From a bacterium (GTDB taxonomy: Bacteria; Patescibacteriota; Patescibacteriia; JAHIZJ01): DNA of 60,087 nucleotides. Made by a program: the position numbers and the translations under genes. The notes beneath the pieces were generated by a model. It saw only the letters and a list, made by a program, of their open reading frames with translations. It was not told the DNA's origin and made no database searches. Location: the NCBI GenBank assembly GCA_030699685.1, contig JAUYLJ010000007.1, positions 1 to 60,087 on the forward strand. The letters are read 5' to 3'. Below are positions 1 through 9,842 of this stretch, piece after piece; the stretch's first letter is position 1; each line of letters begins with the position of its first letter.

Positions 1-218
1 TTCTTTTTGGAAAACTGCACTAAGCCGTCGGAGAGCGCCATCAACGTGTCGTCGTTTGTTCGCTTGACGTTCTTGCCTGGATGCTACTTAGTGCCGCGCT
101 GGCGTACTAAAACATTGCCTTTCATGGCTGTTTGTCCGCCGAAGATTTTGACGCCGAGCCGTTTGCTTTGTGAATCGCGTCCGAGCTGTGTCGAGCCGCC
201 TGACTTTGTGTGGGCCAC
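1..218 (-). CDS. rpmA: 50S ribosomal protein L27. The 3' end lies beyond the window edge, and the frame carries an in-frame TAG at 84-86.
   Basis: Not in the ORF track because both pieces are <60 aa. Hand translation from GTG at 216-218 gives (M)[70 protein letters not shown]. This carries the L27 hallmarks AH.K.GGS, RQRGT, G.NV, DDTL.A and DG.V.F. Confidence 0.85.
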
Positions 219-303
219 AGGTGTGGATAGTTCAAGGGTAAGTATTGAAAGTGTAAAATGCCTAGATTCAGGACTATTTTACATTTGCTTTGTCAATTGT
301 ACA

Positions 304-594
304 TCACTCTATCGGGCTGTCAAGTTGCAGGGCGCGGAAGGGGTCCTCAGAAGGAAGGCGAAAGGATGATTCGCTGATTTTTTCCTCGGCTTTTTCTGTG
401 ACGCGTTCCACGGTTGCTGTATTGACCTTTTCCTGGCGGGCGCTGATTTGGGTGTCTTGAATCATGGGCGGATGGAAAAGTGCTTCGTCCAGGGACTGAT
501 ACATGGAGAAACCCACCCAGGCGATATAGACCGCGCACAGCAAGGCGATAATTCGAAAGGCGTTATTTTTCAGTTTTACCAGATTAAGTTTCAT
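304..594 (-). CDS. Small single-TM protein, last gene of the pilus assembly operon (PilP position). Family not recognised.
   Basis: The ATG at 592-594 overlaps the stop of the upstream gene (ATGA). It has a TM helix FRIIALLCAVYIAWVGF. The track ORF 304..609 was trimmed to the coupled start. Confidence 0.5.
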   Translation of the reverse strand: MKLNLVKLKNNAFRIIALLCAVYIAWVGFSMYQSLDEALFHPPMIQDTQISARQEKVNTATVERVTEKAEEKISESSFRLPSEDPFRALQLDSPIE

Positions 595-1145
595 GGCTGT
601 TGCCGCCAAAATGATTTACCTGAAAGTGAAAGTTTGATCGCCGTGGTATCGCCGGAATCGATACTGGGCAAACTTCCTCCTCGACTGACGTTCACCGTTT
701 CAAAATTAAGGTAATACCCCTGGTTTTCCATTTCGTCAACCATGCCAAGTACTTGGTCGAAGCGGCCGCTAAGCATGACATTGATGGGGTGCTCGAAGAC
801 CAGCTGTTCAGTCTCCGGAAATTCGCTTAGTTCAATTGTTTGCGCTACAGCGTATTCCGTTGCCAGGTCCTCAATAGTGGAGATAAATTCTAAAAACTCC
901 GAACGATCAATAAAGTAATTATTAAGATCATCGTCCAGCTCCTTGAGCGCGGACTCATTGTCACTCTGTTCTGATTGTTTGAGCTGAGATTGCAGCAATG
1001 CCAGATCGAGCCTTTTCTCGCTCAGAGCGAGGGATTGGTCCGTAATCCCGAAATACAGGGGAACGAAACCAAAGCCGATCATGGCCAGTGTGACCACCAG
1101 ACCGACGACAATTGTGACCATTGATTTATTGCGAAACAATTGCAT
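591..1145 (-). CDS. Type IV pilus assembly protein PilO-like
   Basis: N-terminal TM (VTIVVGLVVTLAMIGFGFVPLYF), then a coiled-coil, then a globular domain. It sits after the PilM/PilN-like genes and overlaps both neighbours. Confidence 0.55.
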   Translation of the reverse strand: MQLFRNKSMVTIVVGLVVTLAMIGFGFVPLYFGITDQSLALSEKRLDLALLQSQLKQSEQSDNESALKELDDDLNNYFIDRSEFLEFISTIEDLATEYAVAQTIELSEFPETEQLVFEHPINVMLSGRFDQVLGMVDEMENQGYYLNFETVNVSRGGSLPSIDSGDTTAIKLSLSGKSFWRQQP

Positions 1146-1698
1146 CGGGAGTTATTAATTCTTTGTTGAGACGGCCGCTGAACTCAAACGTGATGTTTTC
1201 CCTTTGAATCAGGTCTGCGATTGGTGAGACGATATTTTCAAAGAATGGTATGGTTTCAACCTCTTGCTTAAACTCAAGCAGAGAATCACGATCCAGCGCG
1301 AACCCCTTAATCGTGAATTCTTCCAATGAAGAGTCAAAGTCGAGATTTTCAATCTGGATTCCTTCATTTGCCGTCTCGCTCACTTGCGCCAAGACGTCCT
1401 GCCACCGGATGTGGCTGGACTGTATCTCATCGAGAAATTTTGCCTTTGTGTTAATCGCCTCAATCAGCTCTCCGGAACTGTCGGCTACGTTTGCGCTCAT
1501 GACCTGCTGGGTCTCTGAAATCTTTTGCGCCACTTCGCTGATTTCTCGCCTGATGAGGAAATGAGAGGAAAGGAGCATGGCAATGCTGAGTACGACCGCG
1601 CCAACCACCAGAAACAAGCCATTGCGAATCTTATGAAGGTCTATTTCCTTTTGCAACTGCTCTTTTTTTTCTGATGAAAGAAGGTTGAGTATGATCAT
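1126..1698 (-). CDS. pilN: Type IV pilus assembly protein PilN-like
   Basis: Short cytoplasmic N-terminus, single TM (LFLVVGAVVLSIAMLLSS) and a periplasmic domain. ATGA overlap with pilM. Confidence 0.6.
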   Translation of the reverse strand: MIILNLLSSEKKEQLQKEIDLHKIRNGLFLVVGAVVLSIAMLLSSHFLIRREISEVAQKISETQQVMSANVADSSGELIEAINTKAKFLDEIQSSHIRWQDVLAQVSETANEGIQIENLDFDSSLEEFTIKGFALDRDSLLEFKQEVETIPFFENIVSPIADLIQRENITFEFSGRLNKELITPDAIVSQ

Positions 1699-2774
1699 TG
1701 CCGGGAACTGAAAGTTGAATTCAGGCCGAGCATCCCCAGGCCGAGCACCGTCGCTTGAGAAAGTTGTTCTCCTTTTGAAATAAGCTTTTTCTTTTTGTTC
1801 TGCGGAAAACGTGACCAGATATCTCCAATCTCCACCGGATAATTCATGATCTGAGTCATCTCTTTGGCGATATTCCGCAGATTTGCGCCGCCGCCAACCA
1901 AAACGACCTTTTCCACGTTTCGGCCGTCTGGAACGCTATTTTTATAAAAATTGATGATGCGAAATGATCGTTGAATCAGACGGTCTATGACGGGCATCAG
2001 TAGCTTCGGTATGGCTGCCTTGCCTCGCGACGGATCAAGTCCGCAAAGCCGTTTTGCTTGTTCAGCCTGCTCTTCAGTCAGCCGCAATTTTTCGGCAATA
2101 AGTTTTGTCATGAGCGAGCCTGATATATTCTGGGCGGAAGCGCTGAATCGGACGGCACCGCGATCGAAAATGAAAAAGCTGGTTCTTTGCCTTCCCAGAT
2201 CTATAATCAGAGCGTTAGCTTCTTTTTCCTGCTCGTCGGTAAAAAGCGATCTGGCGATGGCCAGCGACTCTATCACTAGATTGACGGGCTGAAGATCGGC
2301 TTCCTCCAAGGCGGAGACGTAGGTGTCGGCTATGGTACGGGGAGTAGTATTCGTGATCACTCTGGTAGTCTCCGGATCATCGGTTTGAAGCGTTTCCCAG
2401 TCAAGGTAGATTTCTTCCTGGTTGTAGGGTACGTGCTGAACGATTTCCCATCCTATTTTTTCCTCAATAGCCGTTTCGTCCGATTTCGACAGGTCAAGTA
2501 TTTTGATAAACGATTTTCGCTCAGGCAAACAGGCAATCACTCGCTTGGTTGTAAAACGGCCTGTTCGGGGGCGGTTGAGGCACTCTTTTACCGCTTCACT
2601 AAAAGCGGCCGGTTCGAGTATTTCACCGCTTCGAATAACGCCTTCAGGCAGCTCCAACCACGAGTATGCTTCAAATGCCAGCGATTTCCCCTGGCCTTTC
2701 AGCTCGACCGCGCGGATGACGCGATCGCTCACGTCGAGGCCGAATGTTTTTTTATTTTGTGTGAACAATCCCAT
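1695..2774 (-). CDS. pilM: Type IV pilus assembly protein PilM (actin-like ATPase fold)
   Basis: 359 aa with FtsA/PilM-type motifs (FGLDVSDRVIRAVEL, IIDLGRQRTSFFIF, VVLVGGGANLRNI). It lies upstream of the pilN/pilO-like genes. Confidence 0.85.
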   Translation of the reverse strand: MGLFTQNKKTFGLDVSDRVIRAVELKGQGKSLAFEAYSWLELPEGVIRSGEILEPAAFSEAVKECLNRPRTGRFTTKRVIACLPERKSFIKILDLSKSDETAIEEKIGWEIVQHVPYNQEEIYLDWETLQTDDPETTRVITNTTPRTIADTYVSALEEADLQPVNLVIESLAIARSLFTDEQEKEANALIIDLGRQRTSFFIFDRGAVRFSASAQNISGSLMTKLIAEKLRLTEEQAEQAKRLCGLDPSRGKAAIPKLLMPVIDRLIQRSFRIINFYKNSVPDGRNVEKVVLVGGGANLRNIAKEMTQIMNYPVEIGDIWSRFPQNKKKKLISKGEQLSQATVLGLGMLGLNSTFSSRQ

Positions 2775-2819
2775 GCGCTGTCTTGAAATGACTGATTCAG
2801 ATAGATAATACCACGTATG

Positions 2820-4685
2820 CTAATATTTTTCACCCGGCAGAAGCTCTTCCCAGGAGATGAAGGTGTATTCGCCAGAAGTCGGGAAAAATGGAGGCGGGGA
2901 GTCAAGCATGTGGGAATCGTAGTTTGTTTCATTGATCCTATATCCCGAAACCACCGGACAGCCCGCGCAATTAACCCAGCTAAAGGTCCAAATAGTGTTG
3001 GTAATGATGGTTCCGTACACCTCTATCTTGTTGCGTGAATGCCAGGGAGAGTAGGAACTGGAGTAATAATACCTGAACACGTGGCCGTTTTGCGCGAGCA
3101 TCACGGCATCAATTTCCAAAGTATCCTCAGACCGAAGGGGGATGAGTACATCTTTCTGGGCGATCAGGCCAAGTTTCGAAGAACCATCATGGCCACCCCA
3201 GTATTTAATGTCATTTTGTATTCTAATACTGGTGTTCGTGGCCGGAGTTTCAGGAAACACGCCCGAAGCGACCGTGACGTTTCCGGACAGTTCGCCGTCC
3301 ACCCAGACGTTGTCTTCCACGAAAATTACATTGTCGTCCGGTACGGGATAATTGCCGACAAATGACTGGAATCGCCAGCTATTTGCTTCCAGCACCCATT
3401 CGGTGCCGTTATAACCCCAAACCGCTGGCCACAAGCCAGTGACGCGATTGAGATTGAAGGTTCCGTTGTTGACGAAGGTAATATGATAGCCCAGACTTCC
3501 GGACGGAGGCAGGTATTCGCCATTGGCGATAGCCTCGTCTTTCATATCTGACAGTAGTATGGAGATATAGTCGAAATCTATATGCCCTACCGGGAATTCC
3601 CAGTATTCCGGACCTTCTCCTATGCCCCAAACTCCAGGCTTCTCTTCGTCCGGACAGCCGTGTTCCGGGCCGCAAATGTAGGTTTCGCGAGCGGAGGTCA
3701 TTCTGGCGTTTCCTTCGCCATCCATGCGGATGCCACCATTGGAATGCACCTCACCTTTGATTTCCTCGTCCTCGCCAAACCAGATATTACTGTTCGTCAA
3801 ATAGGCGAAGCGTGTCAGATCCCAGATGCCATAGCGAGCCAAAATTGTACGCTTCACGTCGGGCTGTTCAGTAGTCCAGCCAGTGGATTTGATGGTTACC
3901 TGGGTTGAGCTGGCCGCGTTTGGAGTAATTTCCAAAGAGTACTGGCCAATAACCCCGCCCAGCGGATCAGTATAGTCATGGACGTACGGGCCTTTGGTCA
4001 ATGTTTTCTGAATCAGGACGACATACATGCTTTGAGCGCCGCTAGCGCCTGCGGCCATATTTCCACCGAGCACGACATCGCCGCTAAAGAACTTCTTTTC
4101 GTACAGATTGAGAGTGTTTACTCCCGTATCATTGACTTGAATCGTATCACCGGTAGGCGTGAATTCGTTTACTAACCAATCTGGCAGGCTGCTAGCCCTG
4201 TCGTCATAGGCGATCAAGACATTGACCTCACGATTGACTTCGAATTGCAAAAACTGTTCTTCAGTCGAGTCCTTGTCGTCATTGGCTGTTTTAATCCAGA
4301 GCAAGTCCTCATAGTCGTCAGGAATATCCGTCAAAGTATAGGATCGATCGACGTAGTATTCCTGCCCTTCTGTCAGTTCGGCTGTTTCATACATTGGCAT
4401 GGAAATATTGGATACTTGCAGCAGCGGTCCGTCGTTTCCCGTGCCGTCCTGAAAATCTTCCGGCTCATGCGCCAAATGCCAGCGGTAATAATTTACGCCC
4501 GCTTCGGCGATAGCCAAAGACCGATGCCAGGAAACTTCGCGAATGGTGTTACCGTGCTGAGTAGTAATCAGCGTAAGCAAGCCGCCCATGATCATCAGGA
4601 AGATTGTCACAAAGACCAGCACCATGACCAAAATAGCGCCTTTTGAATCCCTGGGAATTTTAGAATGAGTTGATAAACGCATCAC
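2820..4685 (-). CDS. Large PilX-like minor pilin / pilus-associated protein (621 aa)
   Basis: N-terminal hydrophobic segment (GAILVMVLVFVTIFLMIMGGLL) followed by AIAEAGVNYYRWHL, as in the PilX N-terminal family. The remaining ~550 aa are unassigned. 4-nt overlap with the upstream pilin gene. Confidence 0.6.
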   Translation of the reverse strand: MMRLSTHSKIPRDSKGAILVMVLVFVTIFLMIMGGLLTLITTQHGNTIREVSWHRSLAIAEAGVNYYRWHLAHEPEDFQDGTGNDGPLLQVSNISMPMYETAELTEGQEYYVDRSYTLTDIPDDYEDLLWIKTANDDKDSTEEQFLQFEVNREVNVLIAYDDRASSLPDWLVNEFTPTGDTIQVNDTGVNTLNLYEKKFFSGDVVLGGNMAAGASGAQSMYVVLIQKTLTKGPYVHDYTDPLGGVIGQYSLEITPNAASSTQVTIKSTGWTTEQPDVKRTILARYGIWDLTRFAYLTNSNIWFGEDEEIKGEVHSNGGIRMDGEGNARMTSARETYICGPEHGCPDEEKPGVWGIGEGPEYWEFPVGHIDFDYISILLSDMKDEAIANGEYLPPSGSLGYHITFVNNGTFNLNRVTGLWPAVWGYNGTEWVLEANSWRFQSFVGNYPVPDDNVIFVEDNVWVDGELSGNVTVASGVFPETPATNTSIRIQNDIKYWGGHDGSSKLGLIAQKDVLIPLRSEDTLEIDAVMLAQNGHVFRYYYSSSYSPWHSRNKIEVYGTIITNTIWTFSWVNCAGCPVVSGYRINETNYDSHMLDSPPPFFPTSGEYTFISWEELLPGEKY

Positions 4686-5308
4686 AAGTTCGTTTTTAAG
4701 TTTCTTATCTGGACGTACGAACTGACTTCAATATCATCAGGGGAGCGGTTAGTAAATACGTTTACCTTGAGATAGACGTCCATCATCTTCGTTTCAGTCA
4801 AACGACTGGGGGTGGGCAGAGGGTTGTTGACGTCATCACCGGGGAAATCGCCGTTGTAGTAGGTAAAGATAGGATCAGTATCGTTGCGGATAAATTCTGA
4901 CAAGACGCTGACTTCCTCGTTGGCGTCCAAATACTCGATAGGATCACCCGTTGGCTCAGTCACGGCTTTTTTCAAAGAAGTACCGTCAAGAAAATAGCGG
5001 ATTCTCTCTATCACCAAATCCGCGTCCGTGTCGCTGAAGAAAACTATTTCCTGGTCGTTCGCCAGCGAGAGAATATATGAGCCGTCATCCCCGGTGGAAG
5101 CTTCGCGCAGCTCTTTCACCATGGTTTGTACGCCTCGCCTGGCACTTTGGACTGCTAGCTGTTGTTCGTTGTTATAACTTTGAATCCGGTTTCCTTGCGT
5201 AAAGAAAGTATAAACGAGAGTGAGTACCAGCGAGAAAATAGCCAGTGAAACAATGGCCTCAACCAGTGAAATGCCCGCATTTGAGGGAGGATTCAAACGT
5301 GGCTTCAT
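4682..5308 (-). CDS. Prepilin-type N-terminal cleavage/methylation domain protein (PilW-like minor pilin)
   Basis: AGISLVEAIVSLAIFSLVLTLVY matches the class III signal / N-methylation motif (G|xxxxE plus a hydrophobic helix). Confidence 0.75.
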   Translation of the reverse strand: MKPRLNPPSNAGISLVEAIVSLAIFSLVLTLVYTFFTQGNRIQSYNNEQQLAVQSARRGVQTMVKELREASTGDDGSYILSLANDQEIVFFSDTDADLVIERIRYFLDGTSLKKAVTEPTGDPIEYLDANEEVSVLSEFIRNDTDPIFTYYNGDFPGDDVNNPLPTPSRLTETKMMDVYLKVNVFTNRSPDDIEVSSYVQIRNLKTNL

Positions 5309-6645
5309 GGCGATTCAGTTAAGAACAGCTCTGCCGATGTCCATCCGTCGATGGGTATATCTTGCGCGTAAACTTCATAGCCGGCGGCAGTTACCTCAAC
5401 GGTATAGGTGGAGTTCGCGAGGTTTGAAAAAAACGTTTGTCCATAACTAGTGGTTGTTTGCGTCGCGTCGTAGAGGGGAGCGGCATTGGTTACATGTACG
5501 GACGCGTTTTCAATCAATGCTCCGCTTTCGCCTCGCGCCGTCACTAGCAAAGAATGATCGGTGTGGGGCGCAACGTATATGTCCAACGTTTGATTGGATC
5601 CGGGCAAAAGATTTATCGGCAAAGGCAAGTTGGCTCCGGCGATATCATATCCTGACAGAGCGCCGTCAATCGACAAAGTATACGTATCCCATTCCATGTC
5701 ATTCAGCGTGATGACGCCAGTTGCGTCCGTGGCGTGTGCTAGTTGGTATTTGTAGATGGGTTGTTCAGCGCCGTCGGTGCCGATCGTTTTTGATCCCCGA
5801 AGAGAAAAATCAATATTGCCTATGGCCGACTCATCCAGGTTGCGTGTTTGGATAGTCAAGGCGCTTAGTTGATCGATAGTGAAACTATGCTCTGTCACGA
5901 TGCCGTCAAAAATGCTGATTGGCGGGGGATTTGGATTCGGGTTATTCACCGGATCGGTTTCATGGGTTTGATCGGTGCTATAGCCGGCTTTTGTCACCAC
6001 AATATCGTAGGTTTCTACGGATGGGGTCATGCCGGGGAGAATGAGTTTTCCGGTGACTGTAGTTTGAGTATCGAGATTGATGACGGGAACAACGTCAGTA
6101 TTCTCTAGGTGCACGTCCGCTGTCGGCACAATATTACCCAGGGCGTCAAACACAGTTAAATTCAGCGTCCCGCCGGTGATATCCGATTCGATGCCTTTCG
6201 GCGCGATATCGCTTATGAAGATAACGGGCGAATCGTTGAGCGCGCGTGGCCAAGCTACTTCAACCCGGACGCGCTTGTAATCGGAATTGAACAAGTCGTC
6301 AGGCACTTCTCCCGCGAGACCGTCAAAAGGGTCATCAATATACATGACGTCCGTGGTCACGGTGTAGGAAATCCTGTTGCGTACTATTTCTTCCGTGCGG
6401 GGGATCGTACCGGAAGGTACTCCGCCTTCGGTCCCTACGTCGTCATAGCGAAGGTTTCTCACCATTTCCAGGCGCTGATTGGCGATGGCCGTGGCATCCA
6501 CGCGCGCCCTGGTGTCCGACGTCACCCGGGTTGCGAGATTAAACAATGAGTATATTCCCACCATTGTAATACTGAAAATCGCCAGCGCGACAAGCACTTC
6601 AATAATAGTCATGCCTTGCTGGTTGTAGCGGAGATTGCTCATCAA
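5305..6645 (-). CDS. Prepilin-type minor pilin (PilV-like) with a long beta-sandwich-repeat C-terminus (446 aa)
   Basis: QGMTIIEVLVALAIFSITMVGIY is a prepilin motif. Downstream segments resemble carboxypeptidase-regulatory-like repeats (GNIVPTADVHLEN, ALIENASVHVTN). Confidence 0.75.
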   Translation of the reverse strand: MMSNLRYNQQGMTIIEVLVALAIFSITMVGIYSLFNLATRVTSDTRARVDATAIANQRLEMVRNLRYDDVGTEGGVPSGTIPRTEEIVRNRISYTVTTDVMYIDDPFDGLAGEVPDDLFNSDYKRVRVEVAWPRALNDSPVIFISDIAPKGIESDITGGTLNLTVFDALGNIVPTADVHLENTDVVPVINLDTQTTVTGKLILPGMTPSVETYDIVVTKAGYSTDQTHETDPVNNPNPNPPPISIFDGIVTEHSFTIDQLSALTIQTRNLDESAIGNIDFSLRGSKTIGTDGAEQPIYKYQLAHATDATGVITLNDMEWDTYTLSIDGALSGYDIAGANLPLPINLLPGSNQTLDIYVAPHTDHSLLVTARGESGALIENASVHVTNAAPLYDATQTTTSYGQTFFSNLANSTYTVEVTAAGYEVYAQDIPIDGWTSAELFLTESP

Positions 6646-7862
6646 AAAGTTTCAACAAGATTATACATCGGCATGATGATGGCAATGGCGATGAAGCCTA
6701 CTCCGACACCCAGGATCAACATTAACAACGGTTCAATAATCGTGGCGAGGCTGGCCATGGTTTGTTCCACGTCGTCTTCGTAAAAGATCGCCACTTCCTC
6801 AGAGATAGTATCAAGCGTCCCGGATTGTTCACCCACGTTGACTATCTGGGTGACGACTGGCGGAAAAAGCTTGGGATACCTCTCCAATACCGTCGTGACA
6901 TTGACGCCTTGCTTCACTTCTTCGGCGGCGATTTTCATCACATCCTGATAGTACACGTTTCCTAGCGTGGTGCTGATGATTTCAAAGGCCTTGACGATTG
7001 GTATGTCGGTCTTGAGCAGCGAGCTGAGCGTACGGGTAAAGCGTGCGAGATTAATCTTCTTGATAATCTTTCCAAAAATTGGCGATCGCAGGAGCAGTGC
7101 TTGCCAGATGCGTTTCCCTCGCCTGGTTTGGATAGCTCGGAAGAACGCGAAGATCAGTAGAACGATCCCGACAATTACTAAAATGGCGTTTTGAGAAGCG
7201 AAGTCGCTGGTACGGATCAATAGTTTAGTTGCTAACGGCAGTTCTACCGAAGTCTCCGAATACAAGCTGGTGATTTTCGGGATAACGAAAATAAACATGG
7301 CAATAGAGATGCCAACCATGGCCACGAGAATGACCGCGGGATAAGTAAGCGCGCTCTTCACTTTTGCAATCAGGCCGTGATCTTTTTTCATCTGGATGGT
7401 CAATCGCTTGAGCACGGATTCGAGCTGACCGGAAACTTCGCCGGCTTCAATCATGTTGACGAAAATAGGAGGAAATATTTTGGGATATCCACGAAGCGTG
7501 CTCGCCAGTGTTTTGCCTTTTTCTACTTCTGAGCAGAGTTTTGTGATAACTTTCGAGAAATACGGATTGGAGGTTTGGAGTCCCAGCGTTTTGAGAGCTC
7601 GAGCCAGGGAGAAGCCGGTTCGCACCATCACTTCGAGGTTCTGAGTGAAGAACATCTTATCGACCATGGAGATGCGGCTCAGTTTGTCTACCCAGGTGAT
7701 GGCGCCGGAGCTCGTCTTTTTGTTCGCTATCTCCTTGGCCGAGACATAGCGCAGGCCCTTTGTTGAAATTTTTGCCTGGAGTTCGGAAAGATTGGCGGCT
7801 TCCATGGTATCTTTCACCGTGCTCCCATTGCTAAGTTGAGCTGTGTAAATGTATTTTGGCAT
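6642..7862 (-). CDS. pilC: Type IV pilus platform protein PilC (GspF family)
   Basis: 406 aa with two GspF-type repeats and three TM blocks. It is adjacent to pilB. Confidence 0.9.
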   Translation of the reverse strand: MPKYIYTAQLSNGSTVKDTMEAANLSELQAKISTKGLRYVSAKEIANKKTSSGAITWVDKLSRISMVDKMFFTQNLEVMVRTGFSLARALKTLGLQTSNPYFSKVITKLCSEVEKGKTLASTLRGYPKIFPPIFVNMIEAGEVSGQLESVLKRLTIQMKKDHGLIAKVKSALTYPAVILVAMVGISIAMFIFVIPKITSLYSETSVELPLATKLLIRTSDFASQNAILVIVGIVLLIFAFFRAIQTRRGKRIWQALLLRSPIFGKIIKKINLARFTRTLSSLLKTDIPIVKAFEIISTTLGNVYYQDVMKIAAEEVKQGVNVTTVLERYPKLFPPVVTQIVNVGEQSGTLDTISEEVAIFYEDDVEQTMASLATIIEPLLMLILGVGVGFIAIAIIMPMYNLVETF

Positions 7863-9593
7863 TTAGTCTTTGGTTACGCGGAGCACCTCTTCCACTGAAG
7901 TGATTCCAAGTTTTGCCTTGATAAATCCGTCCTCAAGCATGGTGATCATTCCCTTCTCTGCGGCTTTTTCAAGAAGCGCCTCGTTGGTGGCGTTGCGCGT
8001 GATCATATCGGCGATCTCGTGATCGATTTCCAGCACTTCGTAAATTCCAATCCTGCTTTTATAGCCACTATTGTTGCATTCGCGACAGCCTTTGCCCCGG
8101 TAAAAAAGGAGATCCTGGAGTCCCGTTTCTGACTTGGAAATAGCGTCTTCGCGCTCCATGGCCCGCAGGACTTCTTTGACATTCAGTTGTTTTTCAAGCT
8201 CGCGTATTGCCTTTGTGCTCAGGTTATAGCTGGTGATACAATTGGGGCAGATTTTTCTGACCAGGCGCTGGGCCATAACTAGGTTGGTGGTGGTAGCGAC
8301 CAGAAATGAAGGAATATTCATCTCACGCAATCGCGGGAGCGCTCCAACCGCGTCGTTGGTATGGAGCGTGGATAATACGAGGTGGCCGGTCATGGCGGCG
8401 TTAACCGCGATCTCGGCGGTCTCATTGTCCCGAATTTCTCCGACCATGATGATGTTAGGGTCTTGGCGAAGCAGCGCGCGGAGTCCACCGGAAAAGGTAA
8501 AGCCGATCTTCGGGTTAACCTGGCTTTGATTGACGCCGGGCATCCGGTATTCGATCGGATCTTCCACCGTGGAAATATTTACACCCGGCTTGTTCAAAAT
8601 ATTCAAAATGGTGTAGAGGGTAGTCGTTTTTCCGGAACCCGTGGGGCCGGTAACCAGGATCATGCCGTGTGGTTTTTGGACGTTGCGCTTAACCAAGTCA
8701 TAGGCTTTGGAAAGAAAACCCAGCTGCTCCAGTGTCAGTATTTGCGCTGATTCATTCAGCAGGCGAAGCACAACCTTCTCTCCGTCGTAGACTGGGATGA
8801 TGGAGACGCGAAAGGCGACCTTATACTCGTCCGTTGAGACTTTGAACCTGCCGTCTTGCGGGAGGCGGTGTTCGTCGAGTTTGAGGTTGGCTAGAATTTT
8901 GATACGGGCAACGACGCCGGATTGGATTTTTTTCGGCAGGGTCATCACTTCCCGCAGAATGCCATCGATGCGGTAGCGGACAATAACTTCTTTTTCCGTC
9001 GGCTCTATGTGGATATCAGACGCGCTCTCATAAATCGCGTATTCGAGCAAGGTATCAACGATGCGGATGATAGGAAGATCCTGCGCGAGTTTTTTCAGGT
9101 CTTTTTGATCGGCTGCTCCTTCTTCCTCGCCCGGCTTAGATATCTCCTGGAACTTGGCCTTGATTCCTTTGTGATATTGCTTGAGAGCTTCTTTCAGCGA
9201 GCTGGGTGTGGTGACAAAGATCTCAGGACGAAGGTTCGTTTTCTTTTTGATGAATTCGGCGATCTCAAGATCAGTGGGGTCAGCCATGGCCAGCTTGATG
9301 TTTTCTTCATCTTTTTCAAAGGCAATTATTTGATGGGACTGGACGATGGCTTCAGGGATGATTTGCAGCAAGTCTTTCCGAATAGGTTTTCTTTCTAGGT
9401 TTACAAAAGAAACACCGTAGAAGCTAGCGATGCTTTCGTACAATCCGTTTTCCGACAACACTTTTTGGCGGACGAGGTATTCAGTCAGTGAAATCGACTC
9501 ATTTGCCGCCTCCGTGATTGCCTTTTTGAGGTCTGCCTCCGGAAGTATCTTTGATTTGAGGACTATGTTTTGTATTTGTTCTTGATTCAGCAT
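7863..9593 (-). CDS. pilB: Type IV pilus assembly ATPase PilB (GspE family)
   Basis: Walker A GPTGSGKTT, IMVGEIRD, the His box TGHLVLSTLHTN, and the tetracysteine CPNC...CRECNNSGY. Confidence 0.92.
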   Translation of the reverse strand: MLNQEQIQNIVLKSKILPEADLKKAITEAANESISLTEYLVRQKVLSENGLYESIASFYGVSFVNLERKPIRKDLLQIIPEAIVQSHQIIAFEKDEENIKLAMADPTDLEIAEFIKKKTNLRPEIFVTTPSSLKEALKQYHKGIKAKFQEISKPGEEEGAADQKDLKKLAQDLPIIRIVDTLLEYAIYESASDIHIEPTEKEVIVRYRIDGILREVMTLPKKIQSGVVARIKILANLKLDEHRLPQDGRFKVSTDEYKVAFRVSIIPVYDGEKVVLRLLNESAQILTLEQLGFLSKAYDLVKRNVQKPHGMILVTGPTGSGKTTTLYTILNILNKPGVNISTVEDPIEYRMPGVNQSQVNPKIGFTFSGGLRALLRQDPNIIMVGEIRDNETAEIAVNAAMTGHLVLSTLHTNDAVGALPRLREMNIPSFLVATTTNLVMAQRLVRKICPNCITSYNLSTKAIRELEKQLNVKEVLRAMEREDAISKSETGLQDLLFYRGKGCRECNNSGYKSRIGIYEVLEIDHEIADMITRNATNEALLEKAAEKGMITMLEDGFIKAKLGITSVEEVLRVTKD

Positions 9594-9764
9594 GCTTTCA
9601 TCGCTGAATTAGGGAGTATTGACTAATATTGCGAACGAAGCGAAGGCGTGTGCCACTTCGAGCGACGCAGGCGACAACAGTCCAAATAGTATCAGCAGTT
9701 TGTGTTGTATTTATCTTTCGACTGGCCGGTCTGAATTCCGGCATTTCATGGTCTGATAGCTATT

Positions 9765-9793
9765 ATTATATCACAGAAAAAACCATTCGTCAA
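9765..9793 (-). promoter_or_regulatory. Sigma70-like promoter for the pilus operon (TTGACG-17-TATAAT on the minus strand), giving a ~170-nt leader
   Basis: Plus strand has cgtcaa at 9788-9793 and attata at 9765-9770, with a 17-nt spacer. Confidence 0.6.
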
Positions 9794-9842
9794 TTTTTGG
9801 CGTGTTGGCATTATATTCCCAGTGAATTGTCAGCCAAAAGGT

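Noticed and set aside
84-86. Genome-wide reassignment of TAG to a sense codon, as an explanation for the rpmA stop
   Set aside because: Several well-defined genes in the window end on TAG at the expected C-terminus (mraY 13095-97, 13601-03, hydrolase 42227-29, 21076-78). No pyl genes or suppressor tRNA are visible here.
7-369. 120-aa plus-strand ORF at the left edge
   Set aside because: It lies antisense to a clearly recognisable L27 gene and to the last pilus-operon gene. It has no RBS and no recognisable family.
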